A model generated the notes under the pieces. That model was not told where the DNA came from. It made no database searches and worked only from the letters and a program-made list of their open reading frames with translations. From an uncultured Actinomycetota bacterium (lineage in GTDB: Bacteria; Actinomycetota; Thermoleophilia; RBG-16-64-13), in the NCBI GenBank assembly GCA_963843515.1, contig CAWJKH010000008.1, forward strand, positions 57,788 through 121,787: a stretch of DNA of 64,000 nt, given 5' to 3'. Both the position numbers and the translations under genes were made by a program. This document shows positions 19,369 to 29,297 of this stretch, in pieces (position 1 is the first letter of the stretch; the number at the start of each line of letters is the position of its first letter).

Positions 19369-19820
19369 CGGTGCGGGAGATCATGACGGCCGACGTCATC
19401 ACGGTGCGCCCCGAGACGACGGTGGGGGAGCTTGCGGATATACTTGCTCAGAACAAGATCAGCGGCGTGCCCGTGGTAGACGATGAGGGCCGGGTGCTGG
19501 GGATGGTCACCGAGGCCGACATCATCCTTCGGGATGCCGACCTCCACTTTCCCTACTACATCCAGTTCCTCGAGAGCGTCATCTACCTGCAGAGCGTCCA
19601 CAAGTTCGAGGAGCGCTTCCGCAAGGCCATCGGGTCGAAGGTGTCCGAGGTCATGAGTGACGAGGTGAACGCCGTCTCGCCGGATACGACCGTGCGGCAG
19701 GCGGCCACGATGATGAGTGAGTGCGAAGTCAACCGTCTTCCGGTGACGGAAGACGGGCGATTGGTCGGCATCGTAACCCGGGGGGATATCGTCCGGGCCA
19801 TCGCCGAGCACAGGGCGTAG
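19356..19820 (+). CDS. CBS domain pair protein
   Basis: Two CBS repeats: VREIMTADVITV...ISGVPVVDDEGRVLGMVTEADI and VSEVMSDEVNAV...VNRLPVTEDGRLVGIVTRGDIV. Confidence 0.88.
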   Translation: MDELTVREIMTADVITVRPETTVGELADILAQNKISGVPVVDDEGRVLGMVTEADIILRDADLHFPYYIQFLESVIYLQSVHKFEERFRKAIGSKVSEVMSDEVNAVSPDTTVRQAATMMSECEVNRLPVTEDGRLVGIVTRGDIVRAIAEHRA

Positions 19821-19837
19821 GGAGACTGGCAGAGGAC

Positions 19838-20206
19838 ATGTCGAAGAAAGCAACACGTAGAGCAGCTCGCCAGGCGTTCCCGAAGGCTCCGCCCGTAGGG
19901 ACCAAGTCCTCAAGCGGCAAGAGCGCGTACGGCAGCAGCAAGAGTAAGGGGAAGGGTCCCCAGGGACTGCGACCGCCAAGCTGGAAGCGGGCGGTCATCC
20001 AGGGCGCGATCCTGGCCATCCTATACTTTGTGGTCATCCAGTACATCTGGGCTCCCAAGGACGCGGCCGGGAACCGCACGGCCAACGTGTGGGGGTCTCT
20101 CCTCATCTCGGTCATCGGCTTCGTCGCCTATACCTGCGTCGCCTATCTCGTTGACCGGTTCAACTACAACCGCAAGCTGCGCAAGCTCAAGGGCTCAGCG
20201 AAGTAG
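19838..20206 (+). CDS. small membrane protein, basic N-terminus plus two predicted TM helices, unknown function
   Basis: ATG 19838 gives MSKKATRRAARQ..., then AILAILYFVVIQYIW and GSLLISVIGFVAYTCVAYLV. No family recognised. Confidence 0.55.
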   Translation: MSKKATRRAARQAFPKAPPVGTKSSSGKSAYGSSKSKGKGPQGLRPPSWKRAVIQGAILAILYFVVIQYIWAPKDAAGNRTANVWGSLLISVIGFVAYTCVAYLVDRFNYNRKLRKLKGSAK

Positions 20207-20238
20207 CGACCCCGAGACCGGCGGGAATCCGTTTCAGA

Positions 20239-21637
20239 ATGGAGTTGCGCCGACAGGGAGGGGGCGGGGCCCCACGCGAGAGGGCCGCGAGCAGCGACGA
20301 GATGCTGGCGGCCCTGGCCGCGATCCTACGCGGTCAGGGTGTCGAAGGCTGGCTGGTGGGCGGCACCGTTCGTGACCGCGAGTTCGGCTGCTACTCTCCA
20401 GACATCGATCTGGCCGTGGCCGGCGATGCCGCCGGCATCGCCCGAGAGGTGGCCGCTGCCCTTGGCGTGCCCTGGTTCGCCCTCTCCCACGAGCACCAGG
20501 CATTTCGGGTCGTGGGCCGCGATGGGCATGTGGATGTGGCCGCGGTTCGCGGAGGCGGTATCCTGGCCGATCTGGCCCAACGGGACTTCACCGTCAATGC
20601 CATGGCCATTCCGCTTGGGGGCGCCGCACTGCTTGACCCGTTCGGTGGACTTGGACACCTGCGGGAGCGGCGGCTGGTGGCGGTCTCCGACCGTATCTTC
20701 TCGGAGGATCCTCTACGCCTTATGCGCGCCGCGCGGTTCAGCCATGTGCTGGGATTGAGACTTGACCCCAAGCTGGAGCTCGCTGTGCGGTCCCAATGCG
20801 AGGCGGTACGGCGGGCGGCACCGGAACGGGTGGCAAGCGAGATGTTCCTGACCCTGGCCGCAGGCGGGGCCGGTGCCGCAGTGCGGATGTGGGACGGACT
20901 GGGGCTGCTCCGGGCGGTGCTGCCCGAACTCGGCGAGGCCGAAGGGAACGCGGCCGCTGCACTGCTCGATGAGCTGGAGGGCACTCTCGCCGATCTTCCG
21001 GACCGGTTCCCCGATGCTGCGCCTCTGTTGGGGCAGCGGTTGGGCGTTCCTGTGGACGGGGCGGCCGGACGGGCGGCGGCCCTTAGGCTGGCGGGTCTGT
21101 GTCGAGGGCTTGTCACCCGGGATGCCCAAGCCGTCGCTCGCCGGCTACGCGTTTCGAGCCACTTGGCTTCGCTTCTGGAGACCTCGGCGAGGATAAGCCG
21201 TTACGAAGACGATGCCGGCGTCAGGGGCTTGCCGCCGGTCAGGCCGGAGGACGGGGCGAGCGGCTCGGCTGGGCCCGGCCGGGCGGCGGTCCTGTATCTC
21301 TGGGCTGCCGCTCCGTGGGAGGCCGAGGTGATACTTCTTGCTGCTGCTGCTGCTGCTGCTGGCGGCGGCGGCGGCGACGGCGGCGGCGGTGGCCGGTCGG
21401 GACCGAGCGGAACTGGAGGCCGCGAGGGCGCTGATGAAGGTCTGGGCGAGGCGGGCGACGCGCGGCGTGCCCCGGATTCCTTTCGACGGGGTGACGCTGA
21501 TGAAGGAGTTGGGTCTCTCGCCGGGGCCACCACTGGGTCGCGCTCTGCGCGCCGCCAGTCTGGCATGGGAGGCCGGCGATGCGATCACCTCTGAGGAGGC
21601 TTTGACCGCCGCGCGGGAAGGCTTGCTCAGCGCATGA
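20239..21637 (+). pseudogene. cca: CCA-adding tRNA nucleotidyltransferase; the frame as assembled shifts by +1 in or next to a trinucleotide repeat tract (about 21330-21400)
   Basis: The N-terminal frame carries GGTVRD...DIDLAV...RDFTVNAMA...DPLRLMRAARF. The conserved C-terminal tail (PFDGVTLMKELGLSPGPPLGRAL...SEEALTAA) is in the frame of ORF 21338..21637. Confidence 0.85.
21340..21393 (+). repeat. trinucleotide microsatellite (GCT)7(GGC)5 GAC (GGC)3 inside cca
   Basis: Read directly: gctgctgctgctgctgctgct ggcggcggcggcggc gac ggcggcggc ggt ggc. Encodes poly-Ala then poly-Gly in the upstream frame. Confidence 0.95.
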
Positions 21638-21643
21638 CGAACG

Positions 21644-21675
21644 GCGAGCCGGGCTGCTTTCGCAGCCCGGCTCGC
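21644..21675. terminator. 14-bp GC-rich hairpin between convergent genes (possible bidirectional terminator)
   Basis: GCGAGCCGGGCTGC-TTTC-GCAGCCCGGCTCGC. No clear U-tract on either side. Confidence 0.45.
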
Positions 21676-21738
21676 TCGGGTCCGTCTATGTGTTCGTGTG
21701 CCGCTCTCCGGCGCAGAGCTCCTCGCTTGCTCGCGGCC

Positions 21739-22173
21739 CTAGCCCTGCGGGGGCGTGTCGGTCGCGGTGACCGGCTGAGTCGTGGTGGTCAACTTCTTGT
21801 AGTATCCAGGCACCTTCTTGCCCTTGAGTACCGCGGCAGGGGTGTGGTCTCCGGCGGCCCGAAGGCCCGAGATACGCTGGCCCCAGTTGGTGGTCGACGT
21901 GGACGTGACCTCATCCGATTCCGTCGCCTCGTCGGCCTCGGTCACCTCGCTGGTGTCGGTCGGGTCGATAGCCTCGGTCACCTCGCTGGTGTCGATCGGT
22001 TCGATAGCGTCGGTTGGGTCTGTCGCAGTGGACTCGGTGTCCGAGCTGACGGTGTTCGGATCGGTCGCCGGCTCATCGCCCTCGCCGAATGTCCCGGCTG
22101 CGGCAGCGACGCCCGCGATGAGCAGGGCGATCGCCCCCACCATCAGCATCAAGATCAGCAAACGTTTTCCCAC
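21739..22173 (-). CDS. hypothetical exported or membrane-anchored acidic Thr/Asp/Glu-rich repeat protein
   Basis: N-terminal hydrophobic helix [23 protein letters not shown]. Internal 12-aa repeat from a 36-nt tandem duplication (21935-22006). Basic tail [11 protein letters not shown]. No family recognised. Confidence 0.55.
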   Translation of the reverse strand: MGKRLLILMLMVGAIALLIAGVAAAAGTFGEGDEPATDPNTVSSDTESTATDPTDAIEPIDTSEVTEAIDPTDTSEVTEADEATESDEVTSTSTTNWGQRISGLRAAGDHTPAAVLKGKKVPGYYKKLTTTTQPVTATDTPPQG

Positions 22174-22412
22174 AGCACACCTCCGGTACGTTAGCCGCGA
22201 GCATCGCGGGAGAGGCGCGGAGAAGCGGAATCTCGCCGTGGATTCTAACGAACCGATCCGCGGAAAGGCACTCGATGGTCAGGAACCTGACGGAAAGGGC
22301 AAGGCGCGGTCGCCCCCGCCTGCAGCGCACTAAGCGCCGGCGGTGTCCGTGGTATCATATCGCTCCGCTTTTTCGGGCTTATTACCGTGGTCTAAGTGTC
22401 ATTGGAGGCACC

Positions 22413-22625
22413 TTGAAGGAAGGCATTCATCCGAAGTATGGGGAGAGCAAGGTCGTCTGCTCTTGTGGCTCGACGTTCACCACCCGCTCGACCCTCCCCG
22501 AGATCAAGGTGGAAGTCTGTGCTGCTTGCCACCCGTTCTACACCGGCAAGCAGAAGCTTGTCGACACCGCCGGTCGGGTCGAGAGGTTCAACAAGAAGTA
22601 CCGGCGTCCCGACAAGACGAATTAG
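22413..22625 (+). CDS. rpmE: 50S ribosomal protein L31 (Zn-ribbon form)
   Basis: LKEGIHPKY...[13 protein letters not shown]...[32 protein letters not shown] start 22413 with GGAGG 5 nt upstream; the track ORF start at 22275 is too far upstream. Confidence 0.9.
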   Translation: MKEGIHPKYGESKVVCSCGSTFTTRSTLPEIKVEVCAACHPFYTGKQKLVDTAGRVERFNKKYRRPDKTN

Positions 22626-22637
22626 CTCTCGTCTGTT

Positions 22638-23390
22638 GTGCCCGCCGAACTGAGGGTATCGCTTCTTCAGTACACCCCGGCCCCGGAGCGCGCGGTAGCG
22701 TCCGCGGGTAGGCTCTGCTATGCGCCTGTGAGCGCCGCCGAGCTCAAGGCCGACATGAGCGAGGACGACGTGCGCAAGCTGGTGCGGGGGTTGGTGCGCT
22801 CCGGTCACATGAGCGCCCTGGAGCACGCCAGCTTCACATTCGCGGTGGACGGCATATCCCGGGCCTGCTCGCACCAGCTGGTGCGGCACCGGGTCGCCTC
22901 TTACAGCCAGCAGTCCCAGCGGTACGTGCGCTTCGGTTCTGAGGGCGGTTTCATAATGCCGCCGAGCATCGCGGCCTCTGCAGACGCGCGGGCGGTGTTC
23001 CTCGAAGCCATGGAGAACGCCCACAAGGCGTACGAACGCCTGGTACAGCTGGGCCAGGCAGAAGGGCGCGGGAACGAATCGGTCTTCGAGGACGCCCGCT
23101 TCGTGCTGCCCAATGCTGCGGAGACCAAGATCGTGGTGACCATGAACGCCCGGGAGTTGCGCCATTTCTTCGCCCTGCGCTGCTGCCGCCGGGCTCAATG
23201 GGAGATCAACCGCTTGGCTTGGACTATGCGCCGGCTGGTGGTCGCCGCCGCTCCCGTGTTGTTCGAAACCACCGGCCCGGGGTGCATGACCGGCGGATGC
23301 CCTGAAGGAAAGATGTCCTGCGGCCGACCTTATACTGAAGAAGAGGTCCTTGTCATGGACCTGGTCGGAGCGACGGGAGATCTGGACTGA
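22638..23390 (+). CDS. thyX: FAD-dependent thymidylate synthase
   Basis: ThyX signature RHRVASYSQQSQRY plus SALEHASFTF and the downstream ARFVLPNA...REL.HF..LR. Confidence 0.93.
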   Translation: MPAELRVSLLQYTPAPERAVASAGRLCYAPVSAAELKADMSEDDVRKLVRGLVRSGHMSALEHASFTFAVDGISRACSHQLVRHRVASYSQQSQRYVRFGSEGGFIMPPSIAASADARAVFLEAMENAHKAYERLVQLGQAEGRGNESVFEDARFVLPNAAETKIVVTMNARELRHFFALRCCRRAQWEINRLAWTMRRLVVAAAPVLFETTGPGCMTGGCPEGKMSCGRPYTEEEVLVMDLVGATGDLD

Positions 23391-23392
23391 CG

Positions 23393-24493
23393 GTGACAGC
23401 ACACAACTCAGCCGAGAACGAACACCCACAAGCCTGCACACCGCACGATCACGCCTTCGGCGGACAGGCGGTCATCGAGGGTGTCATGATGCGCGGGCGT
23501 CGCTGTTGGGGAGTCGCTGTGCGCCGGCCCTCCGGCGATATCGCTCGAGTTTCCTACCCGCTGCCTCCAGCCGCCGCGCGCAGCCGGTTCTGGCGGATTC
23601 CAGTGGTGCGGGGCGTGGTGGCGCTCTACGAGTCGATGAGCCTGGGCATCAAGGCGCTGGGCGTATCGGCCAACATCAGTCTCGAGGGCCTGAGCGAGGC
23701 CCAGGCCGCCGATGTGGAGGTCATCCACCCGGTCGCACCCGTTCTTCTCCAGCCACTTACGCCGGCCCCTGCCAAGGCCGTACCAGCCGACGCGGGGGGA
23801 GTCGATGGGGGGCGCCCGAAAAGCGGCGCGCCCGAGCCACCGCCCGCCTTCGGCTGGAGACAACTGGCGGTCACGGTGGTGGTCGCCCTGGCCATGGCCG
23901 TAGGGCTGTTCATCGTCGTGCCCCTGGTCGTGGTCAAGCAGTTCGAGGAGACGTTCGCCAATCCGTTCCTCTTCAACCTTGTGGAAGGTCTCATCCGTAT
24001 CGCCATCTTCATCCTGTATCTGGTGGTGATCAGCCTGATCCCCGACCTGCGCCGGACGTTCGAGTACCACGGGGCCGAGCACAAGGTCATTCATGCCTAC
24101 GAGGCCTGCGGGCGGCCCGACGCCGAGTTCGCCGAGACGTTTTCTCCCCGGCACCCGCGGTGTGGCACCGGGTTTCTCCTGCTGGTCATGGTCCTCGCCG
24201 TGTTCCTCTTCGCGTTCGTGGGCAAGCCCAGCGTCCCCTGGCTGGTGGTTTCGCGGCTCATAGGGATCCCCTTGATCATCGGGATCGCCTACGAGATCGG
24301 CATAAAATGGGCGGGCCGTTCCGACGGCCTGGCTGCCCGCATGCTGCGGTGGCCGGGCATGCAGCTCCAGCGCCTCACAACAAGAGAGCCCTCCATGGAC
24401 CAGCTGTTGGTGGCCGCGGCTGCTCTCGACGAGGTTCTCGCCATGGATGAGACCGAGGTCCCTGCTGGGCGCGAAGCCTTGGCCCTGTCATGA
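23393..24493 (+). CDS. DUF1385 family membrane protein (commonly found upstream of prfA/prmC)
   Basis: FGGQAVIEGVMMRG...YHGAEHKVIHAYE...RCGTGFLL...GMQLQRLTTREP. Confidence 0.85.
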   Translation: MTAHNSAENEHPQACTPHDHAFGGQAVIEGVMMRGRRCWGVAVRRPSGDIARVSYPLPPAAARSRFWRIPVVRGVVALYESMSLGIKALGVSANISLEGLSEAQAADVEVIHPVAPVLLQPLTPAPAKAVPADAGGVDGGRPKSGAPEPPPAFGWRQLAVTVVVALAMAVGLFIVVPLVVVKQFEETFANPFLFNLVEGLIRIAIFILYLVVISLIPDLRRTFEYHGAEHKVIHAYEACGRPDAEFAETFSPRHPRCGTGFLLLVMVLAVFLFAFVGKPSVPWLVVSRLIGIPLIIGIAYEIGIKWAGRSDGLAARMLRWPGMQLQRLTTREPSMDQLLVAAAALDEVLAMDETEVPAGREALALS

Positions 24494-25566
24494 TCGATCG
24501 CCTTGCTCGGGAGATAGAGGAGAAACACGCCGCGCTCACTCAAGAACTGGCGGATCCCGAGGTGCTCCGCGACCAATCGCGCTACACGGAGATCTCTAAG
24601 GCTCACGCCGACCTGGAGGAATCGCACCGGCTGGCCACTGAGTATCTGCGTACCCGGGCCTCGCTCGAGGAGGCAGAGTCCATGCTGGAGGAGGGCGGCC
24701 TTGACCCGGAGATGAAGGAGTTCCTGGTCGAGGAGAAGACCGCCGCCCGCGACAGGCTCGAGACGCTAGAGCACGAGTTGAGGCTGACCGTTCTGGAGAA
24801 GGACCCCCGGGACGAGAAGAACGCCATCGTCGAAGTGCGGGCCGGCGCCGGCGGCGACGAAGCCGCCCTGTTCGCGGCCGAACTGCAGCGGATGGTGATG
24901 CGCTACGCCGAGCGGCAGCGCTTGAAGACTACCGTTCTCTCCACCACCGAAGCGGGATCGGGCGGCGTCAAAGAGGTGATCTTCGAGGTCAAGGGCAGGG
25001 GTGCCTATGGCGCGCTCAAGTACGAATCGGGCGTGCATCGGGTGCAGCGGGTCCCGGTGACCGAGTCGACGGGTCGCATCCACACTTCCACGGCCACCGT
25101 GGCCGTGCTGCCCGAAGTGGAAGACGTGGAGATCCACATCGACCCCAACGACGTTCGCGTGGACGTGTACCGCTCTACCGGTCCGGGTGGGCAATCGGTT
25201 AACACCACGGACTCGGCGGTGCGACTCACCCACATCCCTTCGGGCTTGGTGGTCTCCTGCCAGGACGAGAAGTCGCAGCTCCAGAACAAGGAGCGGGCTT
25301 TCCAGATCCTTCGCGCCCGTCTCTACGACCAGGCCCAAGCAGAGCAGGACGCCCAGGTGGCCGCCCAGCGCCGCAGCCAGGTGGGCACCGGGGACCGCGC
25401 CCAGAAGATCCGCACCTACAACTTCCCCCAGGGCCGGGTGACCGACCACCGGGTGGGCCTCACCTCGCACCGTCTCGAGGCCATTCTGCAGGGTGACTTG
25501 GACGAGTTCACCGAGGCGCTACGGGCGCAGGAACGGGCGGAACAACTGGCCGCAGCCTCCATCTAG
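24490..25566 (+). CDS. prfA: peptide chain release factor 1
   Basis: VRAGAGGDEAALFA..L..MY, PVTES motif region, GGQ motif STGPGGQSVNTTDSAVRLTHIPSG. Confidence 0.96.
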   Translation: MIDRLAREIEEKHAALTQELADPEVLRDQSRYTEISKAHADLEESHRLATEYLRTRASLEEAESMLEEGGLDPEMKEFLVEEKTAARDRLETLEHELRLTVLEKDPRDEKNAIVEVRAGAGGDEAALFAAELQRMVMRYAERQRLKTTVLSTTEAGSGGVKEVIFEVKGRGAYGALKYESGVHRVQRVPVTESTGRIHTSTATVAVLPEVEDVEIHIDPNDVRVDVYRSTGPGGQSVNTTDSAVRLTHIPSGLVVSCQDEKSQLQNKERAFQILRARLYDQAQAEQDAQVAAQRRSQVGTGDRAQKIRTYNFPQGRVTDHRVGLTSHRLEAILQGDLDEFTEALRAQERAEQLAAASI

Positions 25567-25582
25567 GCTGGGGCGGTAGCCC

Positions 25583-27286
25583 GTGGGATCCTGGACCATA
25601 GGCACGCTGCTCGACACGGCGGCGGGCTACCTCAAGGAGAAAGGCTCGTCCTCGCCGCGCCTGGACGCGGAACTGCTTCTTGCCGACACGCTGCAGGTCG
25701 AGCGCATCCACCTTTACACCCAGCATGACCGTCCCCTCGCCCCGGAGGAAGTCGCCACGTACCGGGGTCTGATCGCCCGGCGCGCGGGTCACGAGCCTGT
25801 GGCCTATATTCGGGGTCGAGCTCACTTCCGCCATCTTTGCTTGGGGGTCGGCCCGAGCGTCCTCATCCCTCGGCCGGAGACCGAAGAGCTCGTGGATCTG
25901 GCCCTAGCCACGCTGCGTTTGCGCCCCCCCTGGGGGGACCTACCGGAGAGGGAGGCCAGGCGGAGGGCGAGCGAGCCGGCGCCGACCAGCGCGCAGGTGC
26001 CTGCCGCCGGTGAAGCCGCTCCGCACGCGGCCCCAGGGGCGCGAGGCCCGGTCGCGCCGGCGTCGTCTGCCGGTCCACCCTTGATCGTCGACGTCGGCAC
26101 GGGGAGTGGCGCGATCGCCCTCGCCTTGGCGCAGGAGGCCGGGGTGCGGGTGCTTGCTGTAGACCAGAGCGCTGAGGCGCTGGCTGTGGCGAGGGGGAAC
26201 GCCACGGCGCTCGGGTTTGTCGACCGGGTGACGTTCCGCGAGGGGGATCTGCTCGCCGGCATCGGCGATAGGAGCCTCGCCCTGGTCGTGAGCAACCCTC
26301 CGTACGTGCGCTCGGGGGACATATCGTCTCTTGCCGCAGATATCCGGCTGTTCGAACCCGTCGCGGCGCTGGACGGCGGCCCTGACGGCCTCGAAGTGTA
26401 CGGGCGCCTGCTTCCGGAGGCGGCTCGGGCTCTGCGGGCAGGGGGCACTCTGCTGCTGGAGGTGGGAGAGGACCAGGCTGAGGCCGTCGCCGGGTTGGCC
26501 CGGAACGCCGGGTTCGTCCGGGTGGTGATGCACAAGGACCTTTCGCGTAAGGACCGTATGATCGAGGCGACGCTTCCGGGAGCGCCGTTCGTGACAGCCG
26601 AGGAACTGGGCGAACAAGAAGCCGCGGCTATGAGGGAGGCGCTCGACGCGGGAGCCGTGATCGGCGTGCCCACCGACACGGTGTACGGCATCGCCGCCCG
26701 CTGGGACTCGCCGGCCGGTGTTCGCCGACTCTTCGCGGCCAAGCAGCGGGCCCCGGAGCAACCGGTAGCCGTCCTATTCGCGTCGGTCGACGCCGTCGCA
26801 GCTGCTCTGCCCGACCTCGACCCGGCGGCCGCGCGAGTGTTGGCGGCCCTGCTGCCCGGCCCCTACACGTTCGTGGTGGCCACGGCGGTTCCCCGGCCCG
26901 AGCGGGTAGGGACTCCGGACTCACTCGGCATCCGCGTCCCCGATCATGCTGCGTTGCTCCGGCTGCTCGCCATGACAGGCCTGCCGCTGGCCGCCACCAG
27001 CGCCAATCTGAGCGGGCTCCCCGACGCCGCCACGGCGGCGCAGGTGGACCCGCTGGTGCTCGCGCACTGCTCCGTGGCCGTGGTGTCGGCGCCCGGTCGC
27101 GCCCCCCGGGCGGGCTCGGCGGGAGACGGGCGAGCGGCGGACAAAGGGCAGCATGAAGGCGCCAGCGGTCGCGCCTCGACGGTCGTGGACCTGCGCCCCC
27201 TCGCGCACGGCCGGGAGCCCGCGATCCTGCGGGAGGGAGCGGTCTCCGCCCAGGACGTGCTCGAGCGCGTCGCAGCCCTGGGATGA
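25583..27286 (+). CDS. prmC/tsaC: single-ORF fusion: release-factor glutamine N5-methyltransferase PrmC + L-threonylcarbamoyladenylate synthase domain (TsaC/Sua5/YwlC-type)
   Basis: PrmC: RPETEELV, VDVGTGSGAIAL, VVSNPPYV. Then GAVIGVPTDTVYGIAARWDS...LFAAKQR...P.AVLFAS...YTFVV...LGIRVPDH...ATSANLSG. No intervening stop codon. Confidence 0.85.
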   Translation: MGSWTIGTLLDTAAGYLKEKGSSSPRLDAELLLADTLQVERIHLYTQHDRPLAPEEVATYRGLIARRAGHEPVAYIRGRAHFRHLCLGVGPSVLIPRPETEELVDLALATLRLRPPWGDLPEREARRRASEPAPTSAQVPAAGEAAPHAAPGARGPVAPASSAGPPLIVDVGTGSGAIALALAQEAGVRVLAVDQSAEALAVARGNATALGFVDRVTFREGDLLAGIGDRSLALVVSNPPYVRSGDISSLAADIRLFEPVAALDGGPDGLEVYGRLLPEAARALRAGGTLLLEVGEDQAEAVAGLARNAGFVRVVMHKDLSRKDRMIEATLPGAPFVTAEELGEQEAAAMREALDAGAVIGVPTDTVYGIAARWDSPAGVRRLFAAKQRAPEQPVAVLFASVDAVAAALPDLDPAAARVLAALLPGPYTFVVATAVPRPERVGTPDSLGIRVPDHAALLRLLAMTGLPLAATSANLSGLPDAATAAQVDPLVLAHCSVAVVSAPGRAPRAGSAGDGRAADKGQHEGASGRASTVVDLRPLAHGREPAILREGAVSAQDVLERVAALG

Positions 27287-27471
27287 CTCTGGAGGGCGAG
27301 GCGGCCGTGAGGCCCCGAGCCACAGCCATTCGTCCCGTCGCCCCATGAGCCTCTGGTATTCTTGCCCGAGTTCTTGTGCAACTCGGCTCGAAGTGAACTT
27401 GCGGCCGTCCAACGCGCGCTGCGGGCGGAGCTTCATTTCGGCTCGAGTTCTGGAGGAGGAGGCCAACCCCA

Positions 27472-28752
27472 TTGACTGAGACCCGCAGTCCCTTGAGCTA
27501 TGCCGACCTGCCGTTGCAGCAGGTCGATCCCCTGCTGGACCGGCTCATCGGCCGCGAACTGGCGCGGCAGCAGCACAACATCGAGCTGATCGCCTCGGAG
27601 AACTTCACCCCCGTCCCCGTGCTGGAGGCCATGGGCAGCGTGCTCACGAACAAGTACGCTGAGGGCTATCCGAGCAACCGCTATTACGGCGGGTGCGAGA
27701 TCGTGGACGAGATCGAGGCCCTGGCCATCGCGCGCGCCAAGGAGCTGTTCGGGGCCGAGCACGCCAATGTTCAGCCTCACTCCGGGTCTACCGCCAATCA
27801 GGCCATCTACTGGGCGGCGCTCGAGCCAGGGGACCGTGTGCTGGCCATGAGTCTGGCTCACGGCGGCCACCTCACCCATGGGCACTCCATCAACTTCTCT
27901 GGCCGCGGCTATGCCTTCTCCCACTACGGCGTGCGCCAGGACAGCGGGCGCCTGGACATGGACGAGGTCCGCTCCCAGGCCCTGAAGCACCGGCCCAAGA
28001 TGATCGTGGTGGGGGCGAGCGCCTACCCCCGGACCCTCGATTTCGCTGCCTTTCGGTCCATCGCCGACGAGGTGGGCGCCCAGGTCATGGCCGATATCGC
28101 CCATGTCGCCGGACTGGTGGCCGCAGGGGCGCATCCCTCGCCTTTCCCACACTGTGAGTGGGTTACTACCACAACACACAAGACCCTGGCAGGCCCGCGC
28201 GGCGGGGCCTGCTTCTGCCGCGAGGTCGACGCCGCCCGGCTGGACAAGGCCGTGTTCCCCGGTCTGCAAGGCGGACCGCTCGAGCACATCATCGCCGGCA
28301 AGGCCGTGTGTTTCCTCCTGGCGGCCACCGACGAGTTCAAGGCCAAGCAGCATATGACCGTGGAGAACGCCAAGGCGCTGGCGGAATCCCTCCTCGCACG
28401 GGGCATGAACCTCGTGTCTGGAGGCACGGACAACCATCTCATGCTCGTGGATTTCTCCGGCACGGAGATGACCGGGCGCCGGGCTCAGGAGCTGCTCGAC
28501 CGGGTAGGCATCACGGCGAACAAGAACAGCGTGCCCTACGACGAGCGGCCCCCGGCGGTGACCTCGGGTCTCCGGCTCGGAACCCCCGCCATGACCACCC
28601 GCGGGTTCGGCCCGGACGAGATGCGCGAGGTTGGAGCGATCATCGTGGAGACGCTCACCGGCGATCAGACCGAGGCCGGTCTCGACCGCCTGCTCGCCCG
28701 CGGCCGGGCGCTCACCGCCGCGTTCCCCCTCTACCGGACACTGGGGTCCTGA
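27472..28752 (+). CDS. glyA: serine hydroxymethyltransferase
   Basis: [10 protein letters not shown]...[16 protein letters not shown]...[17 protein letters not shown] start. Confidence 0.96.
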   Translation: MTETRSPLSYADLPLQQVDPLLDRLIGRELARQQHNIELIASENFTPVPVLEAMGSVLTNKYAEGYPSNRYYGGCEIVDEIEALAIARAKELFGAEHANVQPHSGSTANQAIYWAALEPGDRVLAMSLAHGGHLTHGHSINFSGRGYAFSHYGVRQDSGRLDMDEVRSQALKHRPKMIVVGASAYPRTLDFAAFRSIADEVGAQVMADIAHVAGLVAAGAHPSPFPHCEWVTTTTHKTLAGPRGGACFCREVDAARLDKAVFPGLQGGPLEHIIAGKAVCFLLAATDEFKAKQHMTVENAKALAESLLARGMNLVSGGTDNHLMLVDFSGTEMTGRRAQELLDRVGITANKNSVPYDERPPAVTSGLRLGTPAMTTRGFGPDEMREVGAIIVETLTGDQTEAGLDRLLARGRALTAAFPLYRTLGS

Positions 28753-29225
28753 TGCCGCCCGGGGGCGAGAGCAGAGGCCCGTGCGTCCGCCCTCCCTGGG
28801 AGGAGTACTTCATGGACATCGCCCGGGTGGTCGCCACGCGGTCGAGTTGTCTGCGCCGCCAGGTGGGAGCCGTGGTGGTGAAGAACCGGCAGATACTCGC
28901 TACCGGATACAACGGGGTGCCGCGCGGTCTGGCCCACTGCGACGTTCGTGGCTGCCTCCGCGACCAGTTAGGCGTACCCTCCGGCGAGCGGCACGAACTC
29001 TGCCGCGGGCTTCACGCCGAGCAGAACGCCATCATCCAGGCGGCATATCACGGCGCGTCCATCAACGGCTCGGAGATCTATTCCACGCTTCAGCCGTGTG
29101 TCACCTGCGCCAAGATGCTCATCAACGCCGGCGTGGTGGCAGTCTACTTCTGTGGGGTGTATCCTGACGACCTCTCTATGGAGATCTTCGCGGAGGCCGG
29201 CACGCAGCTGTTCCGGATGGGGTGA
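28752..29225 (+). CDS. dCMP deaminase (cytidine/deoxycytidylate deaminase family)
   Basis: [27 protein letters not shown]...HAEQNAI...[18 protein letters not shown] overlaps the glyA stop by 1 nt. Confidence 0.88.
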   Translation: MPPGGESRGPCVRPPWEEYFMDIARVVATRSSCLRRQVGAVVVKNRQILATGYNGVPRGLAHCDVRGCLRDQLGVPSGERHELCRGLHAEQNAIIQAAYHGASINGSEIYSTLQPCVTCAKMLINAGVVAVYFCGVYPDDLSMEIFAEAGTQLFRMG

Positions 29226-29267
29226 GCCGGCGGATGGCTCAGGTCGAAATAGTAATCTCAGTATGTG

Positions 29268-29297
29268 TTATTGAAATATCACCTAGCATGCTATAGT
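29268..29297 (+). promoter_or_regulatory. putative promoter of the atp operon in an AT-rich spacer
   Basis: TTATTGAAA region (-35-like TTGAAA at 29271) and TGCTATAGT (extended -10, 29289-29297). This is the only AT-rich stretch between the dCMP deaminase gene and the atp genes. Confidence 0.5.
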
